From the NCBI GenBank assembly GCA_046705025.1, contig JBJKQU010000049.1, positions 17,073-81,072 on the forward strand: a DNA stretch of 64,000 nucleotides. The letters run 5' to 3'. A program made the position numbers and the translations under genes. Below the pieces are notes generated by a model. It saw only the letters and a list, made by a program, of their open reading frames with translations. It made no database searches and had not been told where the DNA came from. The stretch comes from Candidatus Kryptoniota bacterium (GTDB taxonomy: Bacteria > Bacteroidota > Ignavibacteria > Kryptoniales > JAKASW01). Of this stretch, positions 1 through 9,886 are shown in pieces. Position 1 is the first letter of the stretch. The number at the start of each line of letters is the position of its first letter.

Positions 1-1
1 T

Positions 2-214
2 TTAATTATGAAAAGGTATACGTTCGGCCATGCTCCTGACAACCGAAGGCGATACACCGGTGTCCATAATGGATAAGACCGCCTTAAAGTTCCTCGCGGA
101 TCTCACCTTGCCGGGGCCGTGCAGCCTGTTGGATAAATATTCGTGATTCACGAGAGGATGCGGCTCGCGAAATTGAGGTGAGCTTACACGCTGAATGAGT
201 GACCGCAGCCGCAT
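2..214 (-). CDS. hypothetical protein, N-terminal fragment running off the left edge
   Basis: This is the only open frame on either strand here. The ATG at 214 overlaps the 3' end of the upstream IscA-like gene. No recognisable motif. Confidence 0.2.
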   Translation of the reverse strand: MRLRSLIQRVSSPQFREPHPLVNHEYLSNRLHGPGKVRSARNFKAVLSIMDTGVSPSVVRSMAERIPFHN

Positions 215-537
215 GTCCGGCTAGCATTTGGATTCGCGAATGTGAAGCCTTTTCCGCTCAGACTATCCTCGTAGTCCAGAGTGACTCCTGAAAGGTAGGG
301 GATGCTCCTCTCGTCAACGTACACCTTGACACCGTTTGAGTTGAATGTTCTGTCAAGCTCCCGCGGTTTTTCGTCAAAGCCCAGAACGTAAGTGAAGCCG
401 CTGCAGCCGCCGCCTTTCACCCCCATCCTCAGGCCGAAGTCGATGGGTATGTTGTTCTCACCCATGGCTTTTTTTATCTCAAGCGCAGCCCTATCCGAAA
501 TGTTGATGTTCACCTGATCTAATTCCACGTCTTCCAT
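184..537 (-). CDS. HesB/IscA/ErpA-family iron-sulfur cluster insertion protein
   Basis: 117 aa with a GGGCSGF block and the C-terminal CGCGHSF motif typical of A-type Fe-S carriers. AGGAGG lies 5 nt upstream of the ATG. Confidence 0.9.
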   Translation of the reverse strand: MEDVELDQVNINISDRAALEIKKAMGENNIPIDFGLRMGVKGGGCSGFTYVLGFDEKPRELDRTFNSNGVKVYVDERSIPYLSGVTLDYEDSLSGKGFTFANPNASRTCGCGHSFSV

Positions 538-581
538 CTTTTCCTCCTCTATTCATAAACGCCAAGCTTTAAAGCTCGTAC

Positions 582-875
582 TTAGAACACAGGTTTCCCC
601 GGGGTTTTTGTCCGGTATTCAGGATAATTCAACGTCCAGACACCTGCAGAAACCGGCTTAAAGACTCCGTCGGTAACCATTTCTTTGATTAACGCAGCTA
701 AAACTCTCTCAAGTTCCGCATCCGACGGCCGAAAACCGTTCGAATTCAGGTAGTACTTCAGAGCATATCTCATGTCACGATAAAAGACATTTGAAAGGTG
801 AAAGCTGGGGAATTTTGAGTGAAAATATTCGAGAAAGCTTTTCCTGTTTTGAACTACGAACTCAATCTCTTTCAT
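582..875 (-). CDS. small conserved hypothetical protein
   Basis: The ORF track starts at a TTG (881). The in-frame ATG at 875 (MKEIEF...) has an AAGAGGA Shine-Dalgarno just upstream. No family recognised. Confidence 0.5.
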   Translation of the reverse strand: MKEIEFVVQNRKSFLEYFHSKFPSFHLSNVFYRDMRYALKYYLNSNGFRPSDAELERVLAALIKEMVTDGVFKPVSAGVWTLNYPEYRTKTPGKPVF

Positions 876-970
876 GGACAAATCCTCTTTTCAAATAATA
901 TACTTTTGCTGTTTTGGAGATTCAATGCAGAGGCAATACAGCTCCCGCGCACCCCATCGTGCAAGAAAGG

Positions 971-2053
<1,083 letters not shown>

Positions 2054-2060
2054 CTTAAAG

Positions 2061-2156
2061 GCGGCCCGCACGGGATAGTGTTTTCGGTAAGCGCCGTTGC
2101 CGCAATCGCCTAGTCGAGCGGCGATTCCGGTGACGGGCTGCGGGCCGCGTTTTTTT
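2061..2156 (+). terminator. structured terminator-like element after gap
   Basis: GCGGCCCGCA (2061-2070) pairs with TGCGGGCCGC (2139-2148). They enclose an inner imperfect hairpin (CCGCAATCGCC / GGCGATTCCGG) and are followed directly by a T7 run (2150-2156). Confidence 0.5.
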
Positions 2157-2184
2157 ATCCAAACCATTTCGTGGAAAGGGTAGA

Positions 2185-2856
2185 TTGAACTTCTTTCTGG
2201 TCGCCGCACTCCTTTTTGCTCTCCATCCAAGTATTGATCCATCCTCTTACACGGCCCGGCAGGTATTCGACAGGTGCAAAGCACGAGTAGTCCAACTCGA
2301 CAGCAGTCTTGCTGCGATGGACATTCAGTTCACACAGAAGATCGAATTGAGGTCGAGGACAGGCGAAAGAGACAGCCTGGTTTTTGAGGTGACTCTTGAC
2401 CGGGGCAGGTTGCAAAGACGACTGATCTTCAGCAGCGTGCCAATTGACGACAGGTTCAACGGCGGCTATGACGCATTCAACAAGCTGTTTTTCCTGTCCG
2501 AGTATTTCTCCGGTACAGGAAAAGTCTTGACTTCCTGTGACTTCGACGAATCTTCCTGCGGCGTCTGCTACACGATCAGATTCGGCCTTTCCAGTCCTGC
2601 CGATTCTGCGGATGAACTCAGTATGGTTACGGCATCGATGAATGCATCGAACTTCACGCCGGAACACATAGATGAACGCGTAAAGGGTTTGCCGCTTGGC
2701 GTGGAGTTCGAAGACAACGTTGATGTCGCTTACGATAACGCAACGGGCATCTATTTCCCCAAGAAGATAGTGATGCAAGTGTATGGAAGCCTGTTCTTTC
2801 TGAAAGGCGAGATCGCTTTGATCACAATCCACAATGAGAACTTGAGGACGATATGA
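2185..2856 (+). CDS. hypothetical exported protein
   Basis: 223 aa with a TTG start and hydrophobic N-terminus. Its stop overlaps the next ATG (ATGA at 2853-2856). It is preferred over the antisense 258-aa ORF because of this coupling and the same-strand context between gap and pgk. Confidence 0.5.
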   Translation: MNFFLVAALLFALHPSIDPSSYTARQVFDRCKARVVQLDSSLAAMDIQFTQKIELRSRTGERDSLVFEVTLDRGRLQRRLIFSSVPIDDRFNGGYDAFNKLFFLSEYFSGTGKVLTSCDFDESSCGVCYTIRFGLSSPADSADELSMVTASMNASNFTPEHIDERVKGLPLGVEFEDNVDVAYDNATGIYFPKKIVMQVYGSLFFLKGEIALITIHNENLRTI

Positions 2857-3593
2857 AAATCGTCTTCTCATTTCTTCTGGGGGCGCTGGTATCTGCGGAT
2901 TCCTTTGCTCAGTCGGATCCGGCAGCTGCAATCCTGATGAAATCGGAAAAGCAGGTAAAGATGTTGGAAAGGAAGACTACCGACCTTAACGGTACAATGA
3001 AGGCTACTGTTGATTTTTCGTCGGACGTTCTGGGAAAGAAAGCCAACGGCAAGTCGAGTTATGTAATTGTCGTGCACAATGGTTTTGACGTGGAAAACAA
3101 GCCGGTCGGCACGCCGGTGTACTCAGATTCGATCGTCTCGAAGATGATGGAAAAGGAAGCGGACAGGCGTCTTGAAATGCCGATCCTGCTCGTTTTCGAT
3201 TCTGCCTTCCCGTGGGAAAGATACTTGGCTTCAGCAAACAAGAAGCAGGAGTTTTCCGCCAAGGTAGTGTCTGAGGCAGACAGTATGTCGGGCAAGTATT
3301 GCTACCGTCTTTTATTCGAAATGGATGCTGAGGGCGACTCGGTCAGCGCCGATGGAAAAGGCGAGATCTGGATTGACAAAGCTACATCCCTGCCCGTTCG
3401 GACTTATCGCGATTTCAGCGTGGACATGAAACGGGGAAAGGCGGAGGTGAAGACGTTTTCTGATTTCGGACTTCTTCAGAACGGCATCCCTGTCCTTCTC
3501 AGGAGCGAAGTCCAGACAATCCCGAGGTTCCTGTTTGTAGGAATAGGCTTTATCAGAATAACTATTGAACAATCAGACTTCAAACTGGAGTAG
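2853..3593 (+). CDS. hypothetical secreted protein
   Basis: 246 aa with a clear signal peptide (MKIVFSFLLGALVSADSFAQ). The beta-rich sequence may have a LolA-like fold, but that is only an impression. Confidence 0.6.
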   Translation: MKIVFSFLLGALVSADSFAQSDPAAAILMKSEKQVKMLERKTTDLNGTMKATVDFSSDVLGKKANGKSSYVIVVHNGFDVENKPVGTPVYSDSIVSKMMEKEADRRLEMPILLVFDSAFPWERYLASANKKQEFSAKVVSEADSMSGKYCYRLLFEMDAEGDSVSADGKGEIWIDKATSLPVRTYRDFSVDMKRGKAEVKTFSDFGLLQNGIPVLLRSEVQTIPRFLFVGIGFIRITIEQSDFKLE

Positions 3594-3596
3594 AAA

Positions 3597-4805
3597 ATGG
3601 ATACAACGTTCAACAAGAAGACTATTGATGATATCAGTGTAAAAGGCAAGAAGGTCCTGGTTCGTGTGGACTTCAACGTCCCGCTTGACGAGAATAGAAA
3701 CATAACTGATGACAAGCGCATCGTGGAGTCGCTCCCTACTATAAAGAAAATTACGGCCGACGGAGGTATTCCGATTCTGATGAGTCATCTCGGAAGGCCG
3801 AAGGGAAAACCGAAGCCGGAATTCTCATTGGCACCTGTCGCTAAAAAACTTGCCGAGCTTTTGTCGGCAAAGGTCATAATGGCCCCGGATTGTATTGGAG
3901 CCGAGACGAAGAAGCTTGTCGATGCTGCGAAGCCGGGTGAGGCGGTGCTTCTTGAAAACCTTCGTTTCCACGCCGAAGAGGAGGCGAACGATGCAAACTT
4001 CGCCAAAGAGCTGGCATCGCTCGGAGAGCTTTACGTCAATGATGCCTTCGGCAGTGCACACCGGGCACACGCGTCCACGGAAGGGGTAGCACATCTTCTG
4101 AAGCCTGCCGTCGCCGGCTACCTCATGCAGAAGGAACTGAAATACCTGTCGCAGGCAGTAGGGAACCCGAACCGCCCCTACATCGCGATTATAGGTGGAG
4201 CAAAGATTTCCGGAAAAATCGACGTAATCAACAATCTTCTCGGAAAAGTAGACGTCCTGATTATCGGCGGGGGCATGATGTTTACCTTCCTGAAGGCGAT
4301 GGGCATGGAGATCGGCAATTCTATTCTGGAAGCAGACAAAGTCGGTCTGGCCAAAGAGCTTCTGGATAAGACAAAATCGGGAAAGGCCAGACTGCTTCTT
4401 CCGGTCGATTGCACCGTTGCAGAGAAATTCGACAATAATGCGTCAAAGAAAATCGTGGACGTCGATGCAATACCTCAAGGTTGGGTCGGCATGGACATAG
4501 GCCCGAAGAGTATCGACCTGTTTCGGAATGAGATCGCGAAGGCGAAGACAGCCGTGTGGAACGGACCGATGGGCGTATTCGAAATGGAGAATTTCCAGGC
4601 CGGGACCAGGGCCGTCGCGGATGCGCTTGCCGGCGCAACGAAGCGGGGCGCATCGACAATCGTCGGCGGAGGTGACTCGGCAGCTGCAATCGCGAAGTTC
4701 GGTCTCGAGAAGGAAGTCTCTCACGTTTCCACAGGCGGCGGCGCTTCACTCGAGTTCCTTGAGGGGAAAATACTGCCCGGTGTTGCAGCACTGGACAATA
4801 AGTGA
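3597..4805 (+). CDS. pgk: phosphoglycerate kinase
   Basis: 402 aa with blocks [45 protein letters not shown] and [10 protein letters not shown]-like [10 protein letters not shown]. Confidence 0.97.
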   Translation: MDTTFNKKTIDDISVKGKKVLVRVDFNVPLDENRNITDDKRIVESLPTIKKITADGGIPILMSHLGRPKGKPKPEFSLAPVAKKLAELLSAKVIMAPDCIGAETKKLVDAAKPGEAVLLENLRFHAEEEANDANFAKELASLGELYVNDAFGSAHRAHASTEGVAHLLKPAVAGYLMQKELKYLSQAVGNPNRPYIAIIGGAKISGKIDVINNLLGKVDVLIIGGGMMFTFLKAMGMEIGNSILEADKVGLAKELLDKTKSGKARLLLPVDCTVAEKFDNNASKKIVDVDAIPQGWVGMDIGPKSIDLFRNEIAKAKTAVWNGPMGVFEMENFQAGTRAVADALAGATKRGASTIVGGGDSAAAIAKFGLEKEVSHVSTGGGASLEFLEGKILPGVAALDNK

Positions 4806-4875
4806 GTAACTTATTATAAGAATCGATAAGGGAAACAGATGGAGGAAGGAGATTGTTTAACAAGGTAGACTTACC

Positions 4876-5808
4876 ATGAGTTATTATACAAATTACTCGG
4901 GATATTACACTCCTCCATCTCATTTCCGGTTCTTCCCGCCCGGGATGAAGTTCCTTCTCATTTCCACAACGGGCGTCTGGCTGTTTCAACTTTTTCTGCA
5001 GCTCGGCATTCGTTTCGGAAACATCTACCTGTACAATATTTTCTTCAGGCTGTTTGCTCTTTTCCCGCTTGGCGAAGGTTTCCTTGTCTGGCAGCTCGTC
5101 ACTTACCTCTTCCTGCACGGCGGCTTCTTCCACATCTTCTTCAATATGCTTGCGCTCTGGTTCTTCGGTGTGGAGTTGGAGCATGTATGGGGAACCCGCC
5201 GGTTTCTTTTTTACTATTTCCTTTGTGGGGTAGGCGCAGGGCTCTCAAACGTATTTCTGACTCCGCTTTTTACAACTCCTGCGCCCACGATCGGTGCTTC
5301 CGGAGCCATCTACGGCATTCTTATCGCATTCGGAATGCTTTTTCCGGACGCGCCCGTATTCATCTATTTCCTTTTTCCCATCAAAGCGAAATACTTTGTG
5401 GCTATATTCATCGGTATAGAGCTGTTCTACGGAGTTACGGGGACCGAAAACGGCATAGCTCATTTCGCACATCTCGGAGGAGCATTCGTGGGGTTCATGT
5501 ACCTGATGTTATACCGAAAGTCTATTCCGGGAGGTTATGCGGTTTCAAGCTTTCTCAGCAGAACGAAGGAAAACATTCATAGCAAATTCCGATATCACAA
5601 AGGCTACGGCAACAAGAATGTGATAACGGACGCTCACTTTACGGATATCGGCCGCGAGCAGGACGACAGAGACAGGAGAACAGAGAAAGGCGACGTCGAC
5701 CAGACAAAGCTCGATGAGATTCTTGACAAGATAAGCGCCTCCGGTTATGATTCGCTCACTGAAGAAGAAAAGAGAATTTTGTTCAATGCGAGCAAAAAAC
5801 TAAATTGA
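4876..5808 (+). CDS. rhomboid-family intramembrane serine protease with charged C-terminal tail
   Basis: 310 aa. Blocks are HGGFFHIFFNMLALWFFG, the catalytic GASGAIYG and AHLGGAFVG. A C-terminal extension of about 90 aa is hydrophilic (DEILDKISASGYDSLTEEEKRIL). Confidence 0.85.
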   Translation: MSYYTNYSGYYTPPSHFRFFPPGMKFLLISTTGVWLFQLFLQLGIRFGNIYLYNIFFRLFALFPLGEGFLVWQLVTYLFLHGGFFHIFFNMLALWFFGVELEHVWGTRRFLFYYFLCGVGAGLSNVFLTPLFTTPAPTIGASGAIYGILIAFGMLFPDAPVFIYFLFPIKAKYFVAIFIGIELFYGVTGTENGIAHFAHLGGAFVGFMYLMLYRKSIPGGYAVSSFLSRTKENIHSKFRYHKGYGNKNVITDAHFTDIGREQDDRDRRTEKGDVDQTKLDEILDKISASGYDSLTEEEKRILFNASKKLN

Positions 5809-5926
5809 GTAAAGAAACTGCGTCCGCGCGCATGGAGTCTGACTAACGGACGCAATGGGAACCGCTGCTTGATTGTGATTTTCAGAAGAGATTAGTTATG
5901 GCAGCACCAACAGGAGAGAGGATACG

Positions 5927-7120
5927 ATGATAGACCTACCAATCGCTTCTTCGGATTCTACGTCTGAGAAGCTGAAATCAATAAATAACGAAACAGTTGA
6001 CATCGATAGATCACATGTGAACGGTGTGCAGTCCGAGGGTGTCTTAACCCATGTAAAATACCCGCTGCGGAGGTCGCGCAAGGTTCATATCGGAAATGTG
6101 CCCGTCGGCGGCGGCTCGCCGATTTCGGTACAGACGATGACCAAGACGAAAACGTCGGATGTAAGCGCGACGGTCAAGCAAATACTTGAGGCTGCCGAAG
6201 CAGGCTGTGACATTGTGCGCGTTACGGTCAATGACAAAGAGGCAGCGGCGGCGATTGGCGAAATCGTGAAAGAGTCGCCGATACCCGTTGTGGCAGACAT
6301 CCACTTCAACCATGTGTTCGCACTAAAGTCACTTGAGGCCGGAGTGGCAAAAGTGAGGCTCAATCCGGGTAACATCGGCAGCGTCGACAGGATCCGTCAG
6401 GTTCTGAATCTTGCGAAGGAACGCAGGGTACCGATCCGCATAGGAGTAAACTCGGGTTCACTTGAGAAAGATATCCTCGAGAAGCACGGATACCCGACCG
6501 CCGAAGCTCTTTACGAGAGCGCGATGCGCCATGTGGGAATCTGCGAAGAAAATGACTTTCATGACATAATCATCTCCGTCAAGTCGACAGACGTAAGGCT
6601 GATGGTTGAGGCGTACAGGCTGATCGCCCAGCGCACCGATTACCCGCTGCACCTGGGCGTGACGGAGGCCGGACCTACGAGGGTCGGCACGATCAAGTCT
6701 TCAATCGGGATCGGCACACTTCTCGCCGAAGGAATAGGCGACACTATAAGAGTGTCGTTGACGGACGATCCGGTGCGTGAGGTGGAAGTCGGCAAAGAGA
6801 TCCTGCGTTCGCTGGGACTCGCAACGAGGAATGTAGAGCTGATTGCCTGCCCGACGTGCGGGCGGCTTGAGGTCGATCTGTTCTCGATCACTCAGCAGCT
6901 TGAAGAAAGGCTCTCCGGGGTGAAGAAGCCGGTTAAGATAGCCATTCTTGGTTGTGTGGTGAACGGTCCCGGCGAGGCGAGTGAGGCGGACATAGGAGTG
7001 GCCTGCGGAAAAGGCGTCGGCATTTTGTACCGGAAGGGTGAAGTGATTCGCCGGGTCAAGGAGGAAGAGATCGTCGATGCAGTGGTTGAAGAAGTCGGTA
7101 AGTATCAGCCGGAAAGCTGA
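5927..7120 (+). CDS. ispG: 4-hydroxy-3-methylbut-2-en-1-yl diphosphate synthase (flavodoxin)
   Basis: 397 aa with blocks IGGGSPISVQTMTKT, RVTVND, VADIHF, RLNPGNIG, the Cys motif IACPTCGR and GCVVNGPGE. A good RBS (GGAGAGAGGA) precedes the ATG. About 45 aa of N-terminal extension lies before the conserved core. Confidence 0.93.
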   Translation: MIDLPIASSDSTSEKLKSINNETVDIDRSHVNGVQSEGVLTHVKYPLRRSRKVHIGNVPVGGGSPISVQTMTKTKTSDVSATVKQILEAAEAGCDIVRVTVNDKEAAAAIGEIVKESPIPVVADIHFNHVFALKSLEAGVAKVRLNPGNIGSVDRIRQVLNLAKERRVPIRIGVNSGSLEKDILEKHGYPTAEALYESAMRHVGICEENDFHDIIISVKSTDVRLMVEAYRLIAQRTDYPLHLGVTEAGPTRVGTIKSSIGIGTLLAEGIGDTIRVSLTDDPVREVEVGKEILRSLGLATRNVELIACPTCGRLEVDLFSITQQLEERLSGVKKPVKIAILGCVVNGPGEASEADIGVACGKGVGILYRKGEVIRRVKEEEIVDAVVEEVGKYQPES

Positions 7121-7127
7121 GAGTTGA

Positions 7128-7472
7128 ATGAGTTGTGCCTTTTGCCAAATAGCGGAGGGTAAAAGCAAAGCGGACTTCGTGCTGAACGACGGCGAAGTTT
7201 TTGCAATCCGGGATGCTCATCCCATGGCACCGACGCACATCCTGATCATTCCTAAGAAGCACATTCGTAGTCTGATGGAGCTCGACGGCGACGCCGATTC
7301 TGCTTTGATTTCAAGAATGGTTTCAACAGCTGTCGAAGTGGCAAAGAAAGTATCCCTGGCTGATCGGGGATTCAGGCTTGTATGGAATTGTCGTACAGAA
7401 GGTGGTCAGACCGTTGACCACATTCATCTTCATTTACTGGGCGGCAGGCAAATGAAATGGCCGCCGGGATGA
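7128..7472 (+). CDS. HIT-family (histidine triad) nucleotide hydrolase/transferase
   Basis: 114 aa with the histidine triad HIHLHLLGG and APTHILIIPKKH. Confidence 0.9.
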   Translation: MSCAFCQIAEGKSKADFVLNDGEVFAIRDAHPMAPTHILIIPKKHIRSLMELDGDADSALISRMVSTAVEVAKKVSLADRGFRLVWNCRTEGGQTVDHIHLHLLGGRQMKWPPG

Positions 7473-7478
7473 CTGAAA

Positions 7479-7778
7479 ATGTATAAAATGATTTTTCTGG
7501 CTTGGTTCGCACCGCTCTTCTTTATGCTCGTAGCGTTCTATGTGCTGTTTACGAGCAATGCACCCGTCGCTGCGAAGGTCGTATTTACTGTCGTCCCGAT
7601 TGCGATCTGGATACTGGGTGGGTTCGCAATTCATCGGGAATACCGGGATCAGGAAGACGACCAGCGAAAGCAGGAAGAAGTCCTGACCGAAGCGAAGCGC
7701 ATTTTGAAGGGACTCCGCGACAGTCGCAATCAGGACACCGGGCGCGACAGAAGCCACCAGAAAGAAAGACGGGATTGA
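7479..7778 (+). CDS. small membrane protein, hypothetical
   Basis: 99 aa with two hydrophobic helices followed by a highly charged tail. It sits 7 nt after the HIT gene. Confidence 0.45.
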   Translation: MYKMIFLAWFAPLFFMLVAFYVLFTSNAPVAAKVVFTVVPIAIWILGGFAIHREYRDQEDDQRKQEEVLTEAKRILKGLRDSRNQDTGRDRSHQKERRD

Positions 7779-7989
7779 GTCCGACCCAATCCGCGTACAG
7801 CGGACCTAATATCCGAGCATGAAGCTGTGGGTTACCGGTGTGTCCGGAAGGAACTTCGCAGACATGGGGGGCGTCCCGAGCTGCGGGACCTTTCAACCTG
7901 GGTGCAAAAGTCCAAACTTGTCATTTCTATTGGCCGATAATTCGGTGCCGGCGGGGCATTCATTTTCGACCGGGAGTACGGATTAATCA

Positions 7990-9084
7990 ATGAGCGTCCT
8001 TAACCTGTTGCTGGATTACTGGTACGTCGTACTCATTTACGAAATCGTCTGCGCGGCTTTGTCTTCATTCATTTCAGCCTCGAAAGGAAGGGACCAGGGC
8101 AACTGGTTCATAATCGGGCTAATCCTGGGAGTCATCGGGGTCATCGTAATTATAGTGGTAAAAGCGTTGCCTGAAGAGTCGGCCGCGAGAAACAATTTGC
8201 TGCTCGACTCGGAGCATTACTTGCGGGCAGGATGGCGAGATCTTCTTTTTCTGGTAAGCATAGTTGTTCTGTACTACGTGTCAGCCATGCTCGCCGAGTT
8301 GACGCGTGTCGTCCCGCCACAATCATTGTTCTTCCTGTTCTACCTTGACGTGGCATTAGCGACGTTTCTCATGCTGAAGTTCATCGACAAGAGGAAGTTC
8401 AGCTCGGTGGGGATTCCTTATCACGGCAAAATAGCGAAAGAAGTGCTGCTTGGTCTCCTGATCGGCACCGTGATGATAGGTTTGGTCGGAGGATTCGAGT
8501 TAATTGTCGGCGCAGTAAAACTGAATGTCAGGACGGGACTAAGCCTGACCGTGCTGCTGAAAGATTTTGGGTTAAGTTTCTTATTCTTCGGTTACTTCGC
8601 CATGGGGGAAGAACTCTTGTTTAGGGGATATCCGTTCCAGGCGCTGATAGAAGGTATGGGAGCGATAGGGGCTACGGTTTTCATGTCGGTTGTTTTCGGA
8701 GTGATGCATGTGTTCAATCCGAATGCCGGGGTAATCTCGACTATAAACACGATGCTGGCGGGCGCGTGGCTCAGTGTGGCCTATCTGAAGACGCGAACAT
8801 TATACTTCCCGTTCGGCATGCACTTTTCGTGGAATCTCGTTCAGAGCTTCTTCCTGTCTTTGCCGGTGAGCGGATTACTTACCAACCGGACGATATTTGT
8901 TCCAACCGATTACGGTCCCGATTGGCTGACAGGTGGTCATTATGGCCCCGAGGCGGGGATCGGAACGACGGTTATCGTGGTCGCGGCAATTCTGTATCTC
9001 CTTCTGGAGAAAGGGATCAAGCCGTCTTATGACTTCGAGGTTTCAAAGAGGCGACTTGTTTCGGAGACCGACAAGCAGGCATAG
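7990..9084 (+). CDS. CPBP-family (CAAX/Abi) intramembrane metalloprotease
   Basis: 364 aa, polytopic. Motif 1 is GEELLFRGYPF and motif 2 is FGVMHVFN, as in CPBP/Abi proteases. Confidence 0.8.
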   Translation: MSVLNLLLDYWYVVLIYEIVCAALSSFISASKGRDQGNWFIIGLILGVIGVIVIIVVKALPEESAARNNLLLDSEHYLRAGWRDLLFLVSIVVLYYVSAMLAELTRVVPPQSLFFLFYLDVALATFLMLKFIDKRKFSSVGIPYHGKIAKEVLLGLLIGTVMIGLVGGFELIVGAVKLNVRTGLSLTVLLKDFGLSFLFFGYFAMGEELLFRGYPFQALIEGMGAIGATVFMSVVFGVMHVFNPNAGVISTINTMLAGAWLSVAYLKTRTLYFPFGMHFSWNLVQSFFLSLPVSGLLTNRTIFVPTDYGPDWLTGGHYGPEAGIGTTVIVVAAILYLLLEKGIKPSYDFEVSKRRLVSETDKQA

Positions 9085-9458
9085 CTGACAAAACTCCTGT
9101 TGCGCGGCTAACATCGTCGGGAACTGTGAGTAAACCTGGCCCCATGCTTGTCGGGCAATGCGCTTCCATCATTTCTACGGCCGGCTATAGGTGCTGCAGG
9201 GGATAACCTGTCGCCGCCAAATCTTTCTGAATAATCGCACTACAGTCAATTATGCATCTCGTAGTACCTCCTTGCAACGCCGTCAGGAGCCATAACCTTC
9301 CGGTTCGGTCGTTCTTGACGCTTCTTTCCTGGGAACCATAAGGCGGATTCCAAGCGTTCCATTAATGAAATCAATTGGTTTGGGTGGGCGGCCCAGCCGA
9401 ACGGAGCTTGCATACTCCCGTTCACCGTTCCCTGAAACTAATAAAATGTGTGTACCAC

Positions 9459-9487
9459 TTGACAGAAGCATGTCGGTACATTAAATT
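9459..9487 (+). promoter_or_regulatory. candidate sigma70-like promoter in the SusC leader
   Basis: TTGACA (9459-9464), a 17-nt spacer, then TAAATT (9482-9487), about 400 nt upstream of SusC. Confidence 0.35.
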
Positions 9488-9492
9488 TACCT

Positions 9493-9510
9493 CGTTCCAT
9501 ATATGGAACG
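9493..9510. promoter_or_regulatory. perfect 18-bp palindrome (candidate operator, or leader hairpin plus T4)
   Basis: CGTTCCATATATGGAACG is its own reverse complement. It starts 6 nt after the candidate -10 and is followed by TTTT. Confidence 0.4.
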
Positions 9511-9886
9511 TTTTCGAAATGCTGGTTGTATGAAATAGCGCAGTACCATTTACGGAAGTGTTTTATGATAGTCGTAGCACCATCTGAGAAGCCCACAGGG
9601 CTTTCTTGCGGCTTGACAAATGTATTAGGATCTTTGTGCCCACAGGATATTGCCGCACGAAGATTTCCCCTTATGCCTCTATCATCACATCCGCAAAGTT
9701 CCTTCCTACCGTACTACTCACTCAATCATCCACCCAGACTGAATTCTGTAGTCCATCGTGGAACGAAAAAGACACCATAGTAATCGTATGTCTTAAGCTT
9801 CATTCGAGTAATGCACCATAACAACACAAGCTTCCGAGATAACCATCCAGGAGCAGTAGAACCATTAATCTTAAGGAGGCAACTCT

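Noticed and set aside
2155-2931. 258-aa minus-strand ORF opposite 2185..2856
   Set aside because: The plus-strand ORF is translationally coupled to the next gene and fits the same-strand gap-pgk context. The minus ORF has no RBS or motif. This call is less certain than the others (see finding).
4321-5184. 287-aa minus-strand ORF spanning the pgk 3' end and the rhomboid 5' end
   Set aside because: It overlaps two well-supported plus-strand genes and its sequence is Arg/Ser/Pro-rich and low-complexity.
9283-9471. 62-aa minus ORF with a faint resemblance to the C-terminal half of HicA-type toxins (GTH...GTLGIRL)
   Set aside because: An in-frame stop lies 4 codons upstream and no N-terminal half appears in any frame. 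There is no HicB-like partner and the key residues are not convincing. At most it is a decayed remnant.
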